Part shown: positions 40,201 to 55,200 of the stretch, piece after piece | How the letters are laid out: each line of letters begins with the position of its first letter | Position numbering within the stretch: position 1 is the stretch's first letter | DNA from: Owenia fusiformis | Lineage: Eukaryota | Reading direction: 5' to 3' | DNA length: 64,000 nucleotides | Assembly (NCBI GenBank): GCA_903813345.2 | Contig: CAIIXF020000001.1 | Coordinates: forward strand, 1,550,001 to 1,614,000 | The notes under the pieces: generated by a model | Databases searched by the model: none | The model's input: only the letters and a program-made list of their open reading frames with translations | What the model was told of the DNA's origin: nothing | Made by a program: the position numbers and the translations under genes

Positions 40201-43200
40201 CAATCAGATTCAACGCCAAATTTTAATTTCTTTTAAAATTTTCACAACCTTTGGTCATGTGACCATACTGATAAACAAATTTAACAATTTCAAGTTTCAG
40301 ATAATTAACTTCGGCGAAAATAATTCAACCCATCAGCACAATTGCAATATTAGCACATGAAATGTTGGATTTGGGGCTTCTTCATTGGTAAGTAGATGAA
40401 TAAGTAAGGTGAATACATGTGTTACATATCGTAACTGTAAATTTCGGGATCTTGTGGTCATTCGGTACTCGCGAGGTTCCTTCCTTCTAATCTAACACGA
40501 CTCATTCAGATTCGTTTCCTAATTTTTTTATTTTGTATTCCAATTCTTCTTATCCTTGAGATCGATTCGGTCAGCAGAGTTTCAGCAGGCTTGTTTGTTG
40601 TTTCTCCTTTCATCGATTATGTAGCATTGTTGTGAGTGAGAGAAACTTACTGAATTGTTGATGTTGTTGTTATCGAGTAAAAGTTACTGAATAATCAGAT
40701 TTTGCTGTGCTCTTTATATACCAGGTAAAATGCATTACATGTCAAAATTGTGCAAATATAAGTAAGAATATTGCTGATATCATGCTTATGTAAGCAAGAT
40801 TCAAATCATAATTCCGAGTCGTGATTGGTTGTTGAAAGTAACGTCAGAATAACATTGATATATCTCTATTTTAGCTCAATATAGTAACGTAGGGATTCCC
40901 CTGTACTAGAACAAACTGAGGTCTAAATAGTCATTAATCATAAAAATACAGCAAGATAATATTCATATTGGATATAAATAATAAAGTAATGAAGTAATTA
41001 TATATAATTAATATAATTACGCACTGACCGAATCATAACACATGGTATGGCTCAACATGCAACAAAATCAAGGGGGTCTTGATTGTGCTTTTGTATCGCA
41101 ACATCCCTTTTTAAATTGCAAAAAAATCTGATATGGTAATGGAGTCAATAATCTTAAATAATACATTTATCTCTTGGTATTATTACTAAACATTAAAATC
41201 TTTTCCTTGTACATTTTTGAATATTAATGGATATCATTTTCAACTAACATGCATGCTTTTAAATGTAATGAGTTATTGGAACTATATAAATACATTTATA
41301 CTTACTGTTATTTTATTAGATAGCAGGGAGGTAAGTCATTATTAATGCTCAACTTCTTAGGGTATTATATTAAGACACAGTAAGTAACAAAGATTACATG
41401 GTTTTATTCCATTCAAAGACCTCAATGGATAAAACAGTTTATGTTCTTTTAGGTGAACATGAAGTTAGCCGTAACATTTGCTGTTTTGGCTCTGCTTATT
41501 GGAGTGCCTGGTTCAGATGCAGTTGGCTTTGGGTCTATTAGAGACTACTATGGCCAAATTGCTGAGGAAGCCTGGCTTGATTTAATATTTGAACCAAAAA
41601 AAACGCGTACTAATCCAGGTGAAATTAAAAGGTTCTTGAAAAGTAAACAACCGGGAAGAGGTTTTGATGCACTAAGTAGTGGAGTTGATTTTGATAAAGT
41701 TGCAGCATCATTTGATAAGAAATGTCTGGATATCACAGATTACAAAGAACAAAGACCAGAATGTGAAGAACGTGAAGGTTAGTTGTAATAATAAATTTAT
41801 TTTTTATATTTACTGCGAGATAATTTTGTGAAGTATTGTCTTTTATGGACAATGTGAGGTGACTTTATGAGTTGATTTCTCACCATTTGATAAATCTAGT
41901 GGATCATCATTTGGAATATTGGATATTTGTTTCTCTTTTTACTAAATTATGTAATAATTTTTGATCTTCTCCTTTTTGACATCTATGTATACACAAACAG
42001 TTCACAAACCCCTTTTAGTACATACATTAAGTAAATTTTTAATGGAAATCACAGGAAAAAATTTGCATGCAAAAAACAAAACATGAATACTGTATAGTCT
42101 TGTTATCAAATCAAAATATTACATTAAAAATGGTTAAATTTAATTTATTGCTTTCTAATTACATCTTAAGCACGAAGCATCTTTTATTTTGTTTTAGGGC
42201 CTGTCGATCTCTGCTTCATTGTGCAGATATCATGCAGGTGTACTTGTGGTGAGACATTAATCCTCCTTGATGGAATAACATCAGATATAAACAAAATCAT
42301 TGGATCTGTTGGTAACGATAGCTCCTACATGGTTGTCACATACAGCAAGGATGCAAAACAGATAATAAATTGGTCATCCACTGCCAGCAGCCTACCAAGA
42401 GACCTCATAGTTGGAGGTGAAACATGTGATGACTGCAAAGCAAGGACACAAGAGGCTCTGAGTAAATGCAAGGAACTACTGAAAGTCAACAATGAGAATA
42501 ACAACAGAGAATGGGTGCCAGATGTTATTGTAACTTTCACTGATGGACTGAGTTGGAGCGATAAGTATGATGTGGGATACAAGTACCGACAAGATACAAT
42601 ACAAGCCATACTGAATATAAGAAGGGATTGCAACTACACAGCAGTTAGACCCTTTAAGATACCAGATTGTGAACAAAATTATGTTGAATCTGATGAATGG
42701 CCCTTATTAGAATATACACCATCATCTATGGCAGATTTTGTTAAGGTTGAAGTTAAAAATCTACATACAAATCCATACGAGACGAATATTCCAGTAATTC
42801 AGGCGGAATTAGATGAAAGTTGTAGTAAGTTGAAAATGTTTGCAAACATAACGGAAATCAAAAAAAAATATTAACATGGTTATTAGAATGTTATACATGT
42901 ACTTTTTCAAGCAGAAAATAATGACAATATGAGAGAAGCTTTCTAAAAAAATCAATTTTACGGTATATTTTAACAATCACAACATTGCATGTCATGCCAG
43001 TAGTTCTGACTGTAATTTTTTGATATTCCATGATTCTCTTTTGATTTTGCAAAAAGGTCCCTTTCAATTTTAATAACATTTCTGCATCTTAAATCTCCAA
43101 CTTTCATATTTTATTAGGTATCATAATTCTTGTTCCAGATTATGAAATAAGCAATGTGAGGGGCACATTTAAATGCTATTTTTGAGACGAATGTTTCCAA

Positions 43201-46200
43201 CATTTTACATTCTTTATTCTTTTCTCTCATTTTTTTCTTTAGGGATCTGTTGTAATGCTGACATTGTTTTGGTGATTGACCGTTCTAACAGCATCACACC
43301 TGAAAACATCAATATTGTCCTGGAATTTTATAGTGACTTTATTGCTGCACAAGAGCACATACTTGACCCTCACGACCCTGCAACACTTTCTACTGACCCT
43401 GGTCTGCGCTTTGCTATCATATCTTACAATAGAAGAATTTTTATTCATGCAAACCTTGGCTTTCATAATCAGACACAACTAATTGATATTATTGCTGCAA
43501 TCCCAAGAACAACAGACAAATACACACACACAGACGAGGCATTAATTGAAGCCAAAAGACAATTTAACCAATTTGGTAGACCAGATTTACTTGTGCGCAA
43601 AATTGCCTTAGTTGGAACAGATGGTAGAACTTGGAAATATCCATCCAGGAGTGTGTACACTGGTCCCGCTACAATAGATGCTGCAAATGCGATTAAGGAT
43701 GATGGGGGAGAAATCTATATGCTTGGTATGTCTTGTTCAATTGCTGTTTACTTATTATATTAAAAATAGTGATATTAGTTCATTAATGATTAAGTTGATT
43801 CCTTTGTTGGACCAGTGTACAATCACAAGAAGAACATTCTAGTTATTTCAGTCATTAAATTATCTTTTAATATGTGATATTTTAAACAGACATTATCAAA
43901 TACTTATATTTATATCTTTATATACAACTCTTCACTGATTAACACTAACATGCATTTGTTTTAAAAAGGTTTGCCAAATAAAAGCAACAGAACTGATGGA
44001 TATGAGAGAGAATGGATATACCTAGCAAGCGAGCCAATTAATTGCACAATTCTTGACTTCAACAAAGGTGGAGGACAATACCTTAAGGAACATTTGGAAT
44101 ATGCTGCCTTGCATTTCACTACACAATTCTGTACCCAAGGTATGGATATCAATTTTACTCATTTACTCTTAAAGATGAAAAAATTGCAGAGAAGTATTTT
44201 TACAAAGCACAGAAAGATAATGTGTCTGGGTCGCACCTGCATTAGAATGTACAGTAGTACATTTAATCTGAGGGAATCAATTAAATCCTTCATTATTTTG
44301 TAACGATAGTATTCTTAGAGTTCTTTGGTCATTATAGGACATTTATTTTTTCTAGGTCCTGGAGCTGTGTGTCTTCTTCCTGAAAATTAGGCAAACCAAC
44401 AACCCCACAACCTTAAGATGACTAAGGTCCAAATGCATTTGATGGATATATGATCCAAAGTAAAGAGAGAAACAATTTATATGTATTGATTTGATGTGTC
44501 ATTTAATAAAAGTGTTTCATCAAATAATTTGCCTAAGTTGATCTTTCTTTAATTCTTTCACATCATTTCCAATGCATACTAGTACCTTTATTATCCCGAT
44601 AATTTAAGTTTAATAGGGATATATAGTGAATCAATCCATCTGTATGTTCCTCAGTAAAGCTTCCTTAGAGTCTAGTGAAATTTCAGTTTTAGACATTAAA
44701 GTTATTTTATAATCTGCATTAAATCTTTGTCACCAGTAAGCATCATAAAATTTTCAATATTTCTTGTAATATAATTATGACTTTTTTTACACTTGCAACT
44801 TCATCAGTAAATATATACACAATTGCTTTGTTTATCTTAATTTAATATTAAGTTGGAAGAGATCGAATTTCCTATAGTATATATTTGGCTCCACATAATG
44901 GTGATGTTTCAAATTTTGGAAACTTGTTAAATTTGAATAAAATACAGTTAAAGTGGTCAAAAATACATTTTATTTTGATTTTTCTTATTTTGAAAGAGGT
45001 AATATGGAGCTATTCTTTTGTGAACTAATAATCAACTGAAACCAAAATAAAATATTTGATATTTTCCCAATATTGGAGAACAATGGATATTAGGTAAAAC
45101 AAGATAAATCTTCAAAATATCCAACATTAGGGTTTTCTGAAGCAATTGACACTACGTATGGCTCTTTATTTTGTTCTTAATTTTTCTTGTGGAATTTCAG
45201 TAATTCTTGAGATGAGCATTTAACATGCCTTTGAAAATATTCACACATAACTAAGCTAGGCATGATAAATCCCATCCAATCAGAATACTGGTTAACATAT
45301 CTGGACTTGTTTTTGCACCTTCAATCTTGATATATGGAAGCAACAATCCACTTGTGAATATTATACAAAGCATTAAGTTTAGTGATTAAGTCCTTTATAA
45401 TATCAGATGTTATAATATAACATCTTTGTTACTCAGACTAAACCAGTAAGTCTGAAGTCTTCATTCAGTCCACTGACCTATAGCTCAGAGGTAGTGCATG
45501 TACCTCTTACACATTAGGTCCCGGATTCAATCCAAAGTTCAGGCAAGACTTAATTTGCCTGTTTGCGTAAAGTACTCCAAGGTGTTTGAAGTGGTCCACA
45601 GCTTGTACAAAAGGCTGTGGTGTGTACTTGTAAATCTATGTACATTGCACATAAAAGAACACAGGGCTCCTTCAAGGAGGGGTTTCTTGGTCTTTCCTCT
45701 AGGCTAAGTATATAAATTGCGACCATATATATACAGGATATACCCAAGAGGTATTGCTCACCTTCATTGGTAATAAACAAAATACAATACAATATGACAC
45801 ACCCTGGGTGGCATCAGCATATTTCAGGTCGTCATTTGGCACTTTATGACTTAGACTGTACAGAATAGATCAGAGCTAGACTTTGATAGCAATGTTCATG
45901 AATAAATAGAAATACTTTGAGGAGAGCGTTGATCAGGTTTCCATGAACTGCCATAACAGGCGACATTAACATTGAATAAAATATTTAATTCATTAAACAG
46001 TTGAACTTCAATAAATAAAGTTAATCAATTAATTTTCATATTCATTTGTGTATTTTTAGGATAGACCCTGTGAGGACTGTGGAGAAGATGGTAAGGTGGC
46101 TGTAATTTACTGCCCCGACTGTGAGGGTGGCCTTGCCCTGTGTCAGGACTGTTCTGATCTTACACACAGAGGTGCGGCCAGGAGACACCATCAATTGAAA

Positions 46201-49200
46201 GGTACATGTATATGCCTGTTCTATTCCTTAAATGACACTATTAAGTGGTTGATTTTAACTTGAATATTAGATTGATTTTCAGTCACATTGGGATCATCGG
46301 GCCTCTAAAAAAAGAAAATCGTCAAATTTAATTAATTTGAGTATGTCAGATGTTTATGCTGATTTATCTATGCTCTTGTCAATTGAAAATTTAACTCAGA
46401 CATCTTCTAAAAAATAGGGAACGACTCTGTCCATCCTTCTGTACGTACATCTGTTCGTCTGTGCGATAACTCAAATACTGTTGGCCCAAAGGACCACGAG
46501 TTGTTTGTAGAATGAATCTGGGGAGCTTTTTCATGCATTTCGCTTGTGTTTTTCATCTAAAAAATATCAATACACTTTTAAACATTTTATTGACTATAAG
46601 ATTGCACTTTATAATCCTAAAAAATATTTCTCATTTTCAAGGATTATCTATTGATTAACACCCAGGTATTGTAATTTTTCAAACTTCAGAGGGCTGGGAA
46701 TCATTATTACGATCGCTTTTGAATAATTAAATGCTGGTTTAAATAGGCTTCATGGATGCCAATAATTCCTCTAATTGTGTAAATGGTACCTCTTCCTTTA
46801 TCCCAAGAATTTTCTCTTTGATGAATTTCCCATAGTTATCCAATGGTATAGTTCCAAGCAGATTTTGAGATAACAGGAAAGTTAATCACACCTTATTGGG
46901 CCAATGAGGTGTATTAATGATTCACTTTCCTGTTATCTCAAAATCTGCTTGGAACTATACCATTGGATAACTATGGGAAATTCATCAAAGAGAAAATTCT
47001 TGGGATTAAGGGAGGGGTACCATTTACACAATTTGAGAAATTATTGGCATACATGAAACCTATTTAAAACAGCATTAATTCATAAGCGATCGTAAAAATG
47101 ATTCCCAGCCCTCTGAAGTTTGAATAACAAAAATACCTGGGTGTTAATCCATAGATAATCCTTGAAAATGAGAAATATTTTTTAGGATTATATGGTGCAA
47201 TCTTATAGTCAATAAAATGTTTTAAAGTGTATTGATTTTTTTAGATGAAAAGCACAAGCGAGATGCATGAAAAAGCTCCCCAGATTCATTCTACAAACAA
47301 CTCACGGTCCTTTTGCTATAACTTGAAAAGTATCAGAGCGATTCTGTTCATATAGACTGTAAGCCATTCTGTAGAAGTGCTCTAGAAATGCAACCTTCCT
47401 TACATGAAAGGTTACACATTCCAACCTATTTCAAACCATCTGTATGATTATACTGGACACTTTCTGGGTAGTTGGACTTTCTATAGGGGTGGCAGACGGC
47501 CCTCAGACCAATTAATACCCCTACCCCCAAAAAACCATGGGGGTACTTTAATACCACCCAATAAAAAGAATACTAATGCATGTCAGATATTCATTGTTTT
47601 ATATTGGGTAGGGCATGTTATGGTTAATAAGTGCCAGAAATTTCCAATCTCTAACTTATATGGTTACCATAGAAACAGTATTTATATCTCGAAATATTCT
47701 CAATTTGACCCCCTCCCAAATGTGTCCCTTTGTACTCTAAGTGAAATATTTGCAAATCTGTTTGGATTTTATGGCTGCTACTTTGTCAAAATGTGTAATA
47801 TTATATCTATATTAACATTAAAACACTTAAAAGTTGATATAATGATCCTATAAATCAATAATATTTATCAAATATAGTCACACATAGCTGCTTTAGGGAA
47901 AAGTGGGCGTGGCACTTTTTGGTACTTGTGCGCTTGTTGCAGCATTAAATGAAAAATGCAGATTACACTAACAATAATTGACATTTAATTAGCATCTACT
48001 AATGTTGTGTAACATTGTAATATGTTCATTATCATTATTAGACACTTTAAATATTTTATACATGTGTTATCCTGACCCTTCCCTATCATAGGTCATCAAT
48101 GGTCAAATGAACTTTTAGTTTAAGTCTTATAGGGTCCTCGGTCTTTTAAGCCTGTCAAGAGTCAAGTCTTACTTATTCATTGACTTGTTCCTAGAATATG
48201 AATGGATACGTTCAAGTCATCTAGAGCTATTCAAGTCATCTATGCTTGTTCAACAATGTTCAATATTTAGAACCATTTTACCATGTTTACTGCAATTGAA
48301 AAGTAATAAACAGTTCAATCCTTTTGGTATGATATTTGATGCTAGTGTGAATTGCATAACATTTATGATTAAACTTAAATGAACTAATTTAACTCTGGCT
48401 ATTAACCCTTCCCTAGTATCCTTCACATAACCTCTAAATCATCTTCATATCCATGGCCTAAATGGGGAAGGAGGGAGGGGTTACAAATAGTGACCGAGGA
48501 TAATTTGAATCAAAGCAAGAAGACGTAATACTCAAAACTAGAAAGATTGGAGACCATTTATACCCTTCCTAACATTTTGCCTAATACATAACACTAAAAT
48601 CTATTTTGACACTTCTTTTATCAATACCTCAACATCAGTCAATGCATGATCTATCCAATGGATTAAAGATTATACTTGATTCTAATATGGCAAAATTTAT
48701 TTTTCGTATGAATTGCATAGAGCATCATTTTGCAGTTATAATAAAATGCATCCATTCATTCATTGGCTCATAGTTAACAAAAAAGCTATTCTCTGGAAGG
48801 TACAGTATAATTTCTATTAGTATTTAGCAAAATAATTGCAAGATAAACAATTTACACATGTTTCTGATATGCTGTATTTTCAATGATTCCTAGATCCTTC
48901 AATAGTGGTTCGGTATATGTTTTTGAAATACTTCATATAATTCCTAAACAAATCTGTTTAGTGTATGCAATCAAAAAAAGTAGATACATTTGTCCCATAC
49001 TTGGATATGTTTCAGATACATACAAGGGCCGAGCAATATATTCGCTACTTTTTGCTTTATTTTCTTTTATATTTGTTTATTTCCATTGAAATTTGGTACA
49101 GACATAGAGTGTAGATTTCCGCATCTTTTGATTCCATTTTCAAGCCCATTGCCAAATATGGCAAAAAATTATGGTTGTCATAGCAACGGAAGGTATGAGC

Positions 49201-52200
49201 TTCCAGAGCTGCCCATAATTTTACTGCAATTGCACATGCAACAATATCTTTATATGCCCATTTCTCATAACAAAAACATTCAGTTTGGGTAATTTTTATA
49301 AACATTGTTTACTGGACATTGATCCAATATTCAGAACAATGGTTGTGATGTCATAGATGTTCTTTTCAAATAATAAAGAGGTCACAATTGATCCGCATAT
49401 GCATCACAAAAGGGAGACTCTGCTTCCTGAGTTGCAGGTCTTGCGAAAGAACTTCATGGATGCAGTTCGTAAAAAGCGCCCAGTATTGATCAACCATATG
49501 ATATATCATCAAGATAATGCTCCATCACACAGGGCCCGTGAGGTAACTGATATATTAGCAGCTCTAAACATTGAGAAATTTGATCATGCACCATACAGTC
49601 CAGACCTTGCATTGTGCGACTTTGAAATTTTCGGCAAACTGAAGAATGAGCTACGTGGGCAGAGGTTTGGTGACCGTGAAGAAGTGGTTGAGGCCGTCCA
49701 TAAGGCCCTAAAAGACCTATATGGAAATGGAAACGGACTGCAACAGGCCTATCAAGACTGGCTTTCCCGATGTAGAAAATGCATAGCTGCAGATGGACAC
49801 TATTTTGAGAATGAGGCATGGAATGAGGAGTAACTGTCTTAATTAACAAAAAGGACATTTTGTATAAAAGTTGTTTTCTGAAACATTGTCACAAATGTCA
49901 GCTCCGGTGGTCACTATCAACCAATATTCAATGCCATGTAAAATATTACGGATGTAACCAAATAAATGCACATTTGGGGATATTACAGAAAAATGTTTTT
50001 TCTATTATTCTGGAAATTTTCAGGTAAGATACTTTATTATTAACAATTTGAGAGCAAAAAGTAGCGAATATATTGCTCGGCCCTTGTATAGCAGGTTTAT
50101 AAATACTTATATTTTCATCAGCGGGCAGATATAGCTAATGTCCCTGCCTGAGAGGGCAGATATATTACACCTGCCCACTAAGTCATAACCATCATTTGTG
50201 TATGATTAGCAATGAGGGAAGTAGCATACTTAATACGTTAATAATCAATGATTCGAGAATATGTGGATGAATACTTAAAAAACAGGAGAATCCTCCTAAG
50301 GCCAAGAAAACAAAATTAGTCATGAATACATTTATGTGGTTGTATTCTTTCTAACTCTGGCCAATTTAACAATGTGAACCAGATAAGAAAGATTGATATG
50401 GGATAAACAGATAATCCTATAGTCAGTTCATGCTATTAGGATTATCCCTTGGCGAATATAATATATTTTCCCCCAGGACCTAAGGCCTTTGGCCAATAGA
50501 AAATATCTTCCCTCGGGACCTACGACCCTCGGCCAGATATATTATATTGGCCTCGGGATAATTCTAATACGCTGAACCTCATAGAGGATAATCTCTATTC
50601 GTCTTCATCAATTATTATTATACATATAAATCGGGATATAAATATAACCTAAAGTAAGAAATCACATTCTCTAACCAGTAATATTTAATTTTAAAATTGG
50701 TAAATGATGATTATGTCACAATAGAATTGATGACCATGATTTATTTGAGAATAAAACAGACAAAACAAAGGCTAACAAAAATCGTAAATATTTAAATATT
50801 TTAAAATTGCTTGTTTTTCATCATTATTACTTTGATCTCCAAACCCCAAAATTTGAGTGTTACAAATTGTTTCAAGTTAAAGTATGCCTAATTTCATGAG
50901 CAAACTAGTAATCTTGTTGGATATTTTTCCTCGACAATGCCTTATCTAATTCATCGATATACAAACTACTGGATTCAAAATGCTATTTTACAGGATGGGT
51001 GTTCATGAAAGTAACACTAAACATCAATTTTGTCATAAACTGAACAATGCAGCTTATTGATTCTCCCATCTAAGCAACAGAGCCTCTTTTAATATATTGT
51101 AATTTCAAAATTGCCTCTAATGAAGTTCTTCAATCAAATCTAAAATGGACACAACTGGTAATATCTTTATACCATATGAGTAGAATGTTTGTTTCTTTCA
51201 AATTCATGCTTTCGTTAGAAACATGGATATCACTAATTCATAGTTTTGATTTATACTTCAAATGGTGTGCATTATATATGAGGTTTAATTAATGGGAAGT
51301 TTTTAATACAGGGAAATACAATATATCTGAGGGAAATACAATATACCTCCCCGAGGGGTTGAGGGTAGAATATTGTATTTCCCAAGGGTTATACCTTGTA
51401 ACCAAAATTATTTATCATATACGAAAATATGAGAAATTGCACAGAATGAAATTCCTGCAGGGGATTACTGAGCGGGTGATAAACCTGGCGATACATAGAG
51501 ATTATCCTATATGAGGTTCAGGATATTGGAACTATCCCGATTCAAATATAATATATCTGCCCAAGGGCGATTATGACGGAGTGGGCAGATATACTATATC
51601 TGCCCGCTCGCAACAGAATGTAAAGCTATATCTGCCCGCTGATGAAAATATAAGTTTTTACAAACCTATTTTATGTACCTGAAACACGACCAAGTATGGG
51701 ATAAAGCGGGATATGCAGTACATGTATATCCCCACTCACCTAAGGTATCAATTATATTCATGCATTTTATTTACCTATAACACTAAGTATAGGATAAATA
51801 ACTTTTACTGACAAATTGTATAAGTGCATGATTACATGAGTCACAACTACTCACTAAAAGGTTAACTTATTGCATGAAGAAATGTAATTCTTCATGAAGA
51901 TTTCATCACTTATTTGACTGAATTTTGAATTTTTAATGATGTAAAGCAAAATTATTTCTACTTGCATCTAAATCTATTTCATTGTATAAGTCAACAATTA
52001 ATAAGGCATATACATATCACTGGCTTCCTTGATTCATTTAGATTCCTTGCACTTTTAAAATCATCAATAATTCATATAGGGTTGAACTATCGAATAATGA
52101 AAACATTGCAAATGATGTGATCGAAATTTTTATACTATTTAGCTTGGAAATGTTGCTGATATAGTTTTAATGTGATTTTAGGAGATTAAATGTTCTACTG

Positions 52201-55200
52201 AGGAACTTTGATTATGTTCAATTTTCTATGATCTTTAACTTTCTGAAAAAGGTCACACTAAATTCTCATTGAGACGATGTTAAAAATCTTAATGTTGACT
52301 TCCTAAATGTTGAATTCTTTTGATCGTCATGAATTTAAGGTTCACACAAAATCTGAAGATCATATAGTTTCAAACACAATCTGAATCTCATTAAGTTTGG
52401 TGCGAAAGCAGTTTTACTTTAATCCAAAATAACAAATATGGTAAATCAATATGTGTCTATGGTAGATGCTAGCGTGTAGTCCAACCAGCATAAGTGCTGC
52501 CATCTACCTATCCATTCATCAGTTTAGCACCTAATAAGGTCAGTACTCATGGTAAAGCTTTTGTACCTTGTCTATGGTAAAAATAAATCAAACAGAAATG
52601 TTAACTTTACACGATTGGTAATGCCCACCTTGAAGGGTGTAGGGATAAAGGGAAGGGTCAGGATAACACTTATATAAAATATTTAAAGTGTCTAATAATG
52701 ATAATGAACATATTACAATGTTACACAACATAAGTAGATGCTAATTAAATGTCAATTGTTGTTAGTATAATATGTATTTTTCATTTAATGCTGCAACAAG
52801 TACACGCGTACCAAAAAGTGCCACGCCCTCTTTTCCCTAAAAGCAGCTATGTGTGACTATATTTGATAAATATTATTGATTTATAGGATCATTATGAACA
52901 CTTTTCAGTGTTTAAATGTTAAAATATACATATTGATACAATTTTTGACAAAGTAGCAGCCATAAAATCCAAACAGATTTGCAAATATTTCACTTTGAGA
53001 ACAAAGGGACACATTTGGGAGGGGGTCAAATTGAGAATATTTCGAGATATAAATACTGTTTCTATGGTAACCATATAAGTTAGAGATTGGAAATTTTTGG
53101 CACTTACTAACCATAACATGCCCTACCCAATATAAAACAATGAATATCTGGCATGCATTAGTATTCTTTTTATTGGCTGGTATTAAAGTACCCCCATGGT
53201 TTTTTGGGGGTAGGGGTATAAATTGGTCCGAGGGCCGTCTGCCACCCCTATAGAAAGTCCAACTACCCAGAAAGTGTCTAGTATCATCATACAGATGGTT
53301 TGAAATAGGTTGGAATGTGTAACCTTTCATGTAAGGAAGGAGTTACAATTATCAGAGTGGGGCGTAGTCGACTGTAAGCCATTCTGTAGAAATGCTCTAG
53401 AAATGCAACCTTCCTTACATGAAAGGTTACACATTCCAACCTATTTCAAACCATCTGTATGATTATACTGGACACTTTCTGGGTAGTTGGACTTTCTATA
53501 GGGGTGGCAGACGGCCCTCAGACCAATTAATACCCCTACCCCCAAAAAACCATGGGGGTACTTTAATACCACCCAATAAAAAGAATACTAATGCATGTCA
53601 GATATTCATTGTTTTATATTGGGTAGGGCATGTTATGGTTAATAAGTGCCAGAAATTTCCAATCTCTAACTTATATGGTTACCATAGAAACAGTATTTAT
53701 ATCTCGAAATATTCTCAATTTGACCCCCTCCCAAATGTGTCCCTTTGTACTCTAAGTGAAATATTTGCAAATCTGTTTGGATTTTATGGCTGCTACTTTG
53801 TCAAAATGTGTAATATTATATCTATATTAACATTAAAACACTTAAAAGTTGATATAATGATCCTATAAATCAATAATATTTATCAAATATAGTCACACAT
53901 AGCTGCTTTAGGGAAAAGTGGGCGTGGCACTTTTTGGTACTTGTGCGCTTGTTGCAGCATTAAATGAAAAATGCAGATTACACTAACAATAATTGACATT
54001 TAATTAGCATCTACTAATGTTGTGTAACATTGTAATATGTTCATTATCATTATTAGACACTTTAAATATTTTATACATGTGTTATCCTGACCCTTCCCTA
54101 TCATAGGTCATCAATGGTCAAATGAACTTTTAGTTTAAGTCTTATAGGGTCCTCGGTCTTTTAAGCCTGTCAAGAGTCAAGTCTTACTTATTCATTGACT
54201 TGTTCCTAGAATATGAATGGATACGTTCAAGTCATCTAGAGCTATTCAAGTCATCTATGCTTGTTCAACAATGTTCAATATTTAGAACCATTTTACCATG
54301 TTTACTGCAATTGAAAAGTAATAAACAGTTCAATCCTTTTGGTATGATATTTGATGCTAGTGTGAATTGCATAACATTTATGATTAAACTTAAATGAACT
54401 AATTTAACTCTGGCTATTAACCCTTCCCTAGTATCCTTCACATAACCTCTAAATCATCTTCATATCCATGGCCTAAATGGGGAAGGAGGGAGGGGTTACA
54501 AATAGTGACCGAGGATAATTTGAATCAAAGCAAGAAGACGTAATACTCAAAACTAGAAAGATTGGAGACCATTTATACCCTTCCTAACATTTTGCCTAAT
54601 ACATAACACTAAAATCTATTTTGACACTTCTTTTATCAATACCTCAACATCAGTCAATGCATGATCTATCCAATGGATTAAAGATTATACTTGATTCTAA
54701 TATGGCAAAATTTATTTTTCGTATGAATTGCATAGAGCATCATTTTGCAGTTATAATAAAATGCATCCATTCATTCATTGGCTCATAGTTAACAAAAAAG
54801 CTATTCTCTGGAAGGTACAGTATAATTTCTATTAGTATTTAGCAAAATAATTGCAAGATAAACAATTTACACATGTTTCTGATATGCTGTATTTTCAATG
54901 ATTCCTAGATCCTTCAATAGTGGTTCGGTATATGTTTTTGAAATACTTCATATAATTCCTAAACAAATCTGTTTAGTGTATGCAATCAAAAAAAGTAGAT
55001 ACATTTGTCCCATACTTGGATATGTTTCAGATACATACAAGGGCCGAGCAATATATTCGCTACTTTTTGCTTTATTTTCTTTTATATTTGTTTATTTCCA
55101 TTGAAATTTGGTACAGACATAGAGTGTAGATTTCCGCATCTTTTGATTCCATTTTCAAGCCCATTGCCAAATATGGCAAAAAATTATGGTTGTCATAGCA

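Larger units (their letters stand above)
47355..53369. mobile_element. 6015-bp composite TIR element, copy 1
   Basis: Ends GACT...AGTC; about 690-bp inverted arms (about 47394-48082 and 52650-53340); carries nested mariner and MITEs; preceded by TA. Confidence 0.85.

Noticed and set aside
45475-45545. tRNA gene
   Set aside because: A/B boxes are present but I see no intact cloverleaf, and a SINE-like body and tail follow.
49357-49833. Domesticated SETMAR-like gene
   Set aside because: The ORF lies between intact mariner TIRs with TA TSDs and lacks the N-terminal half; it is a deletion derivative.
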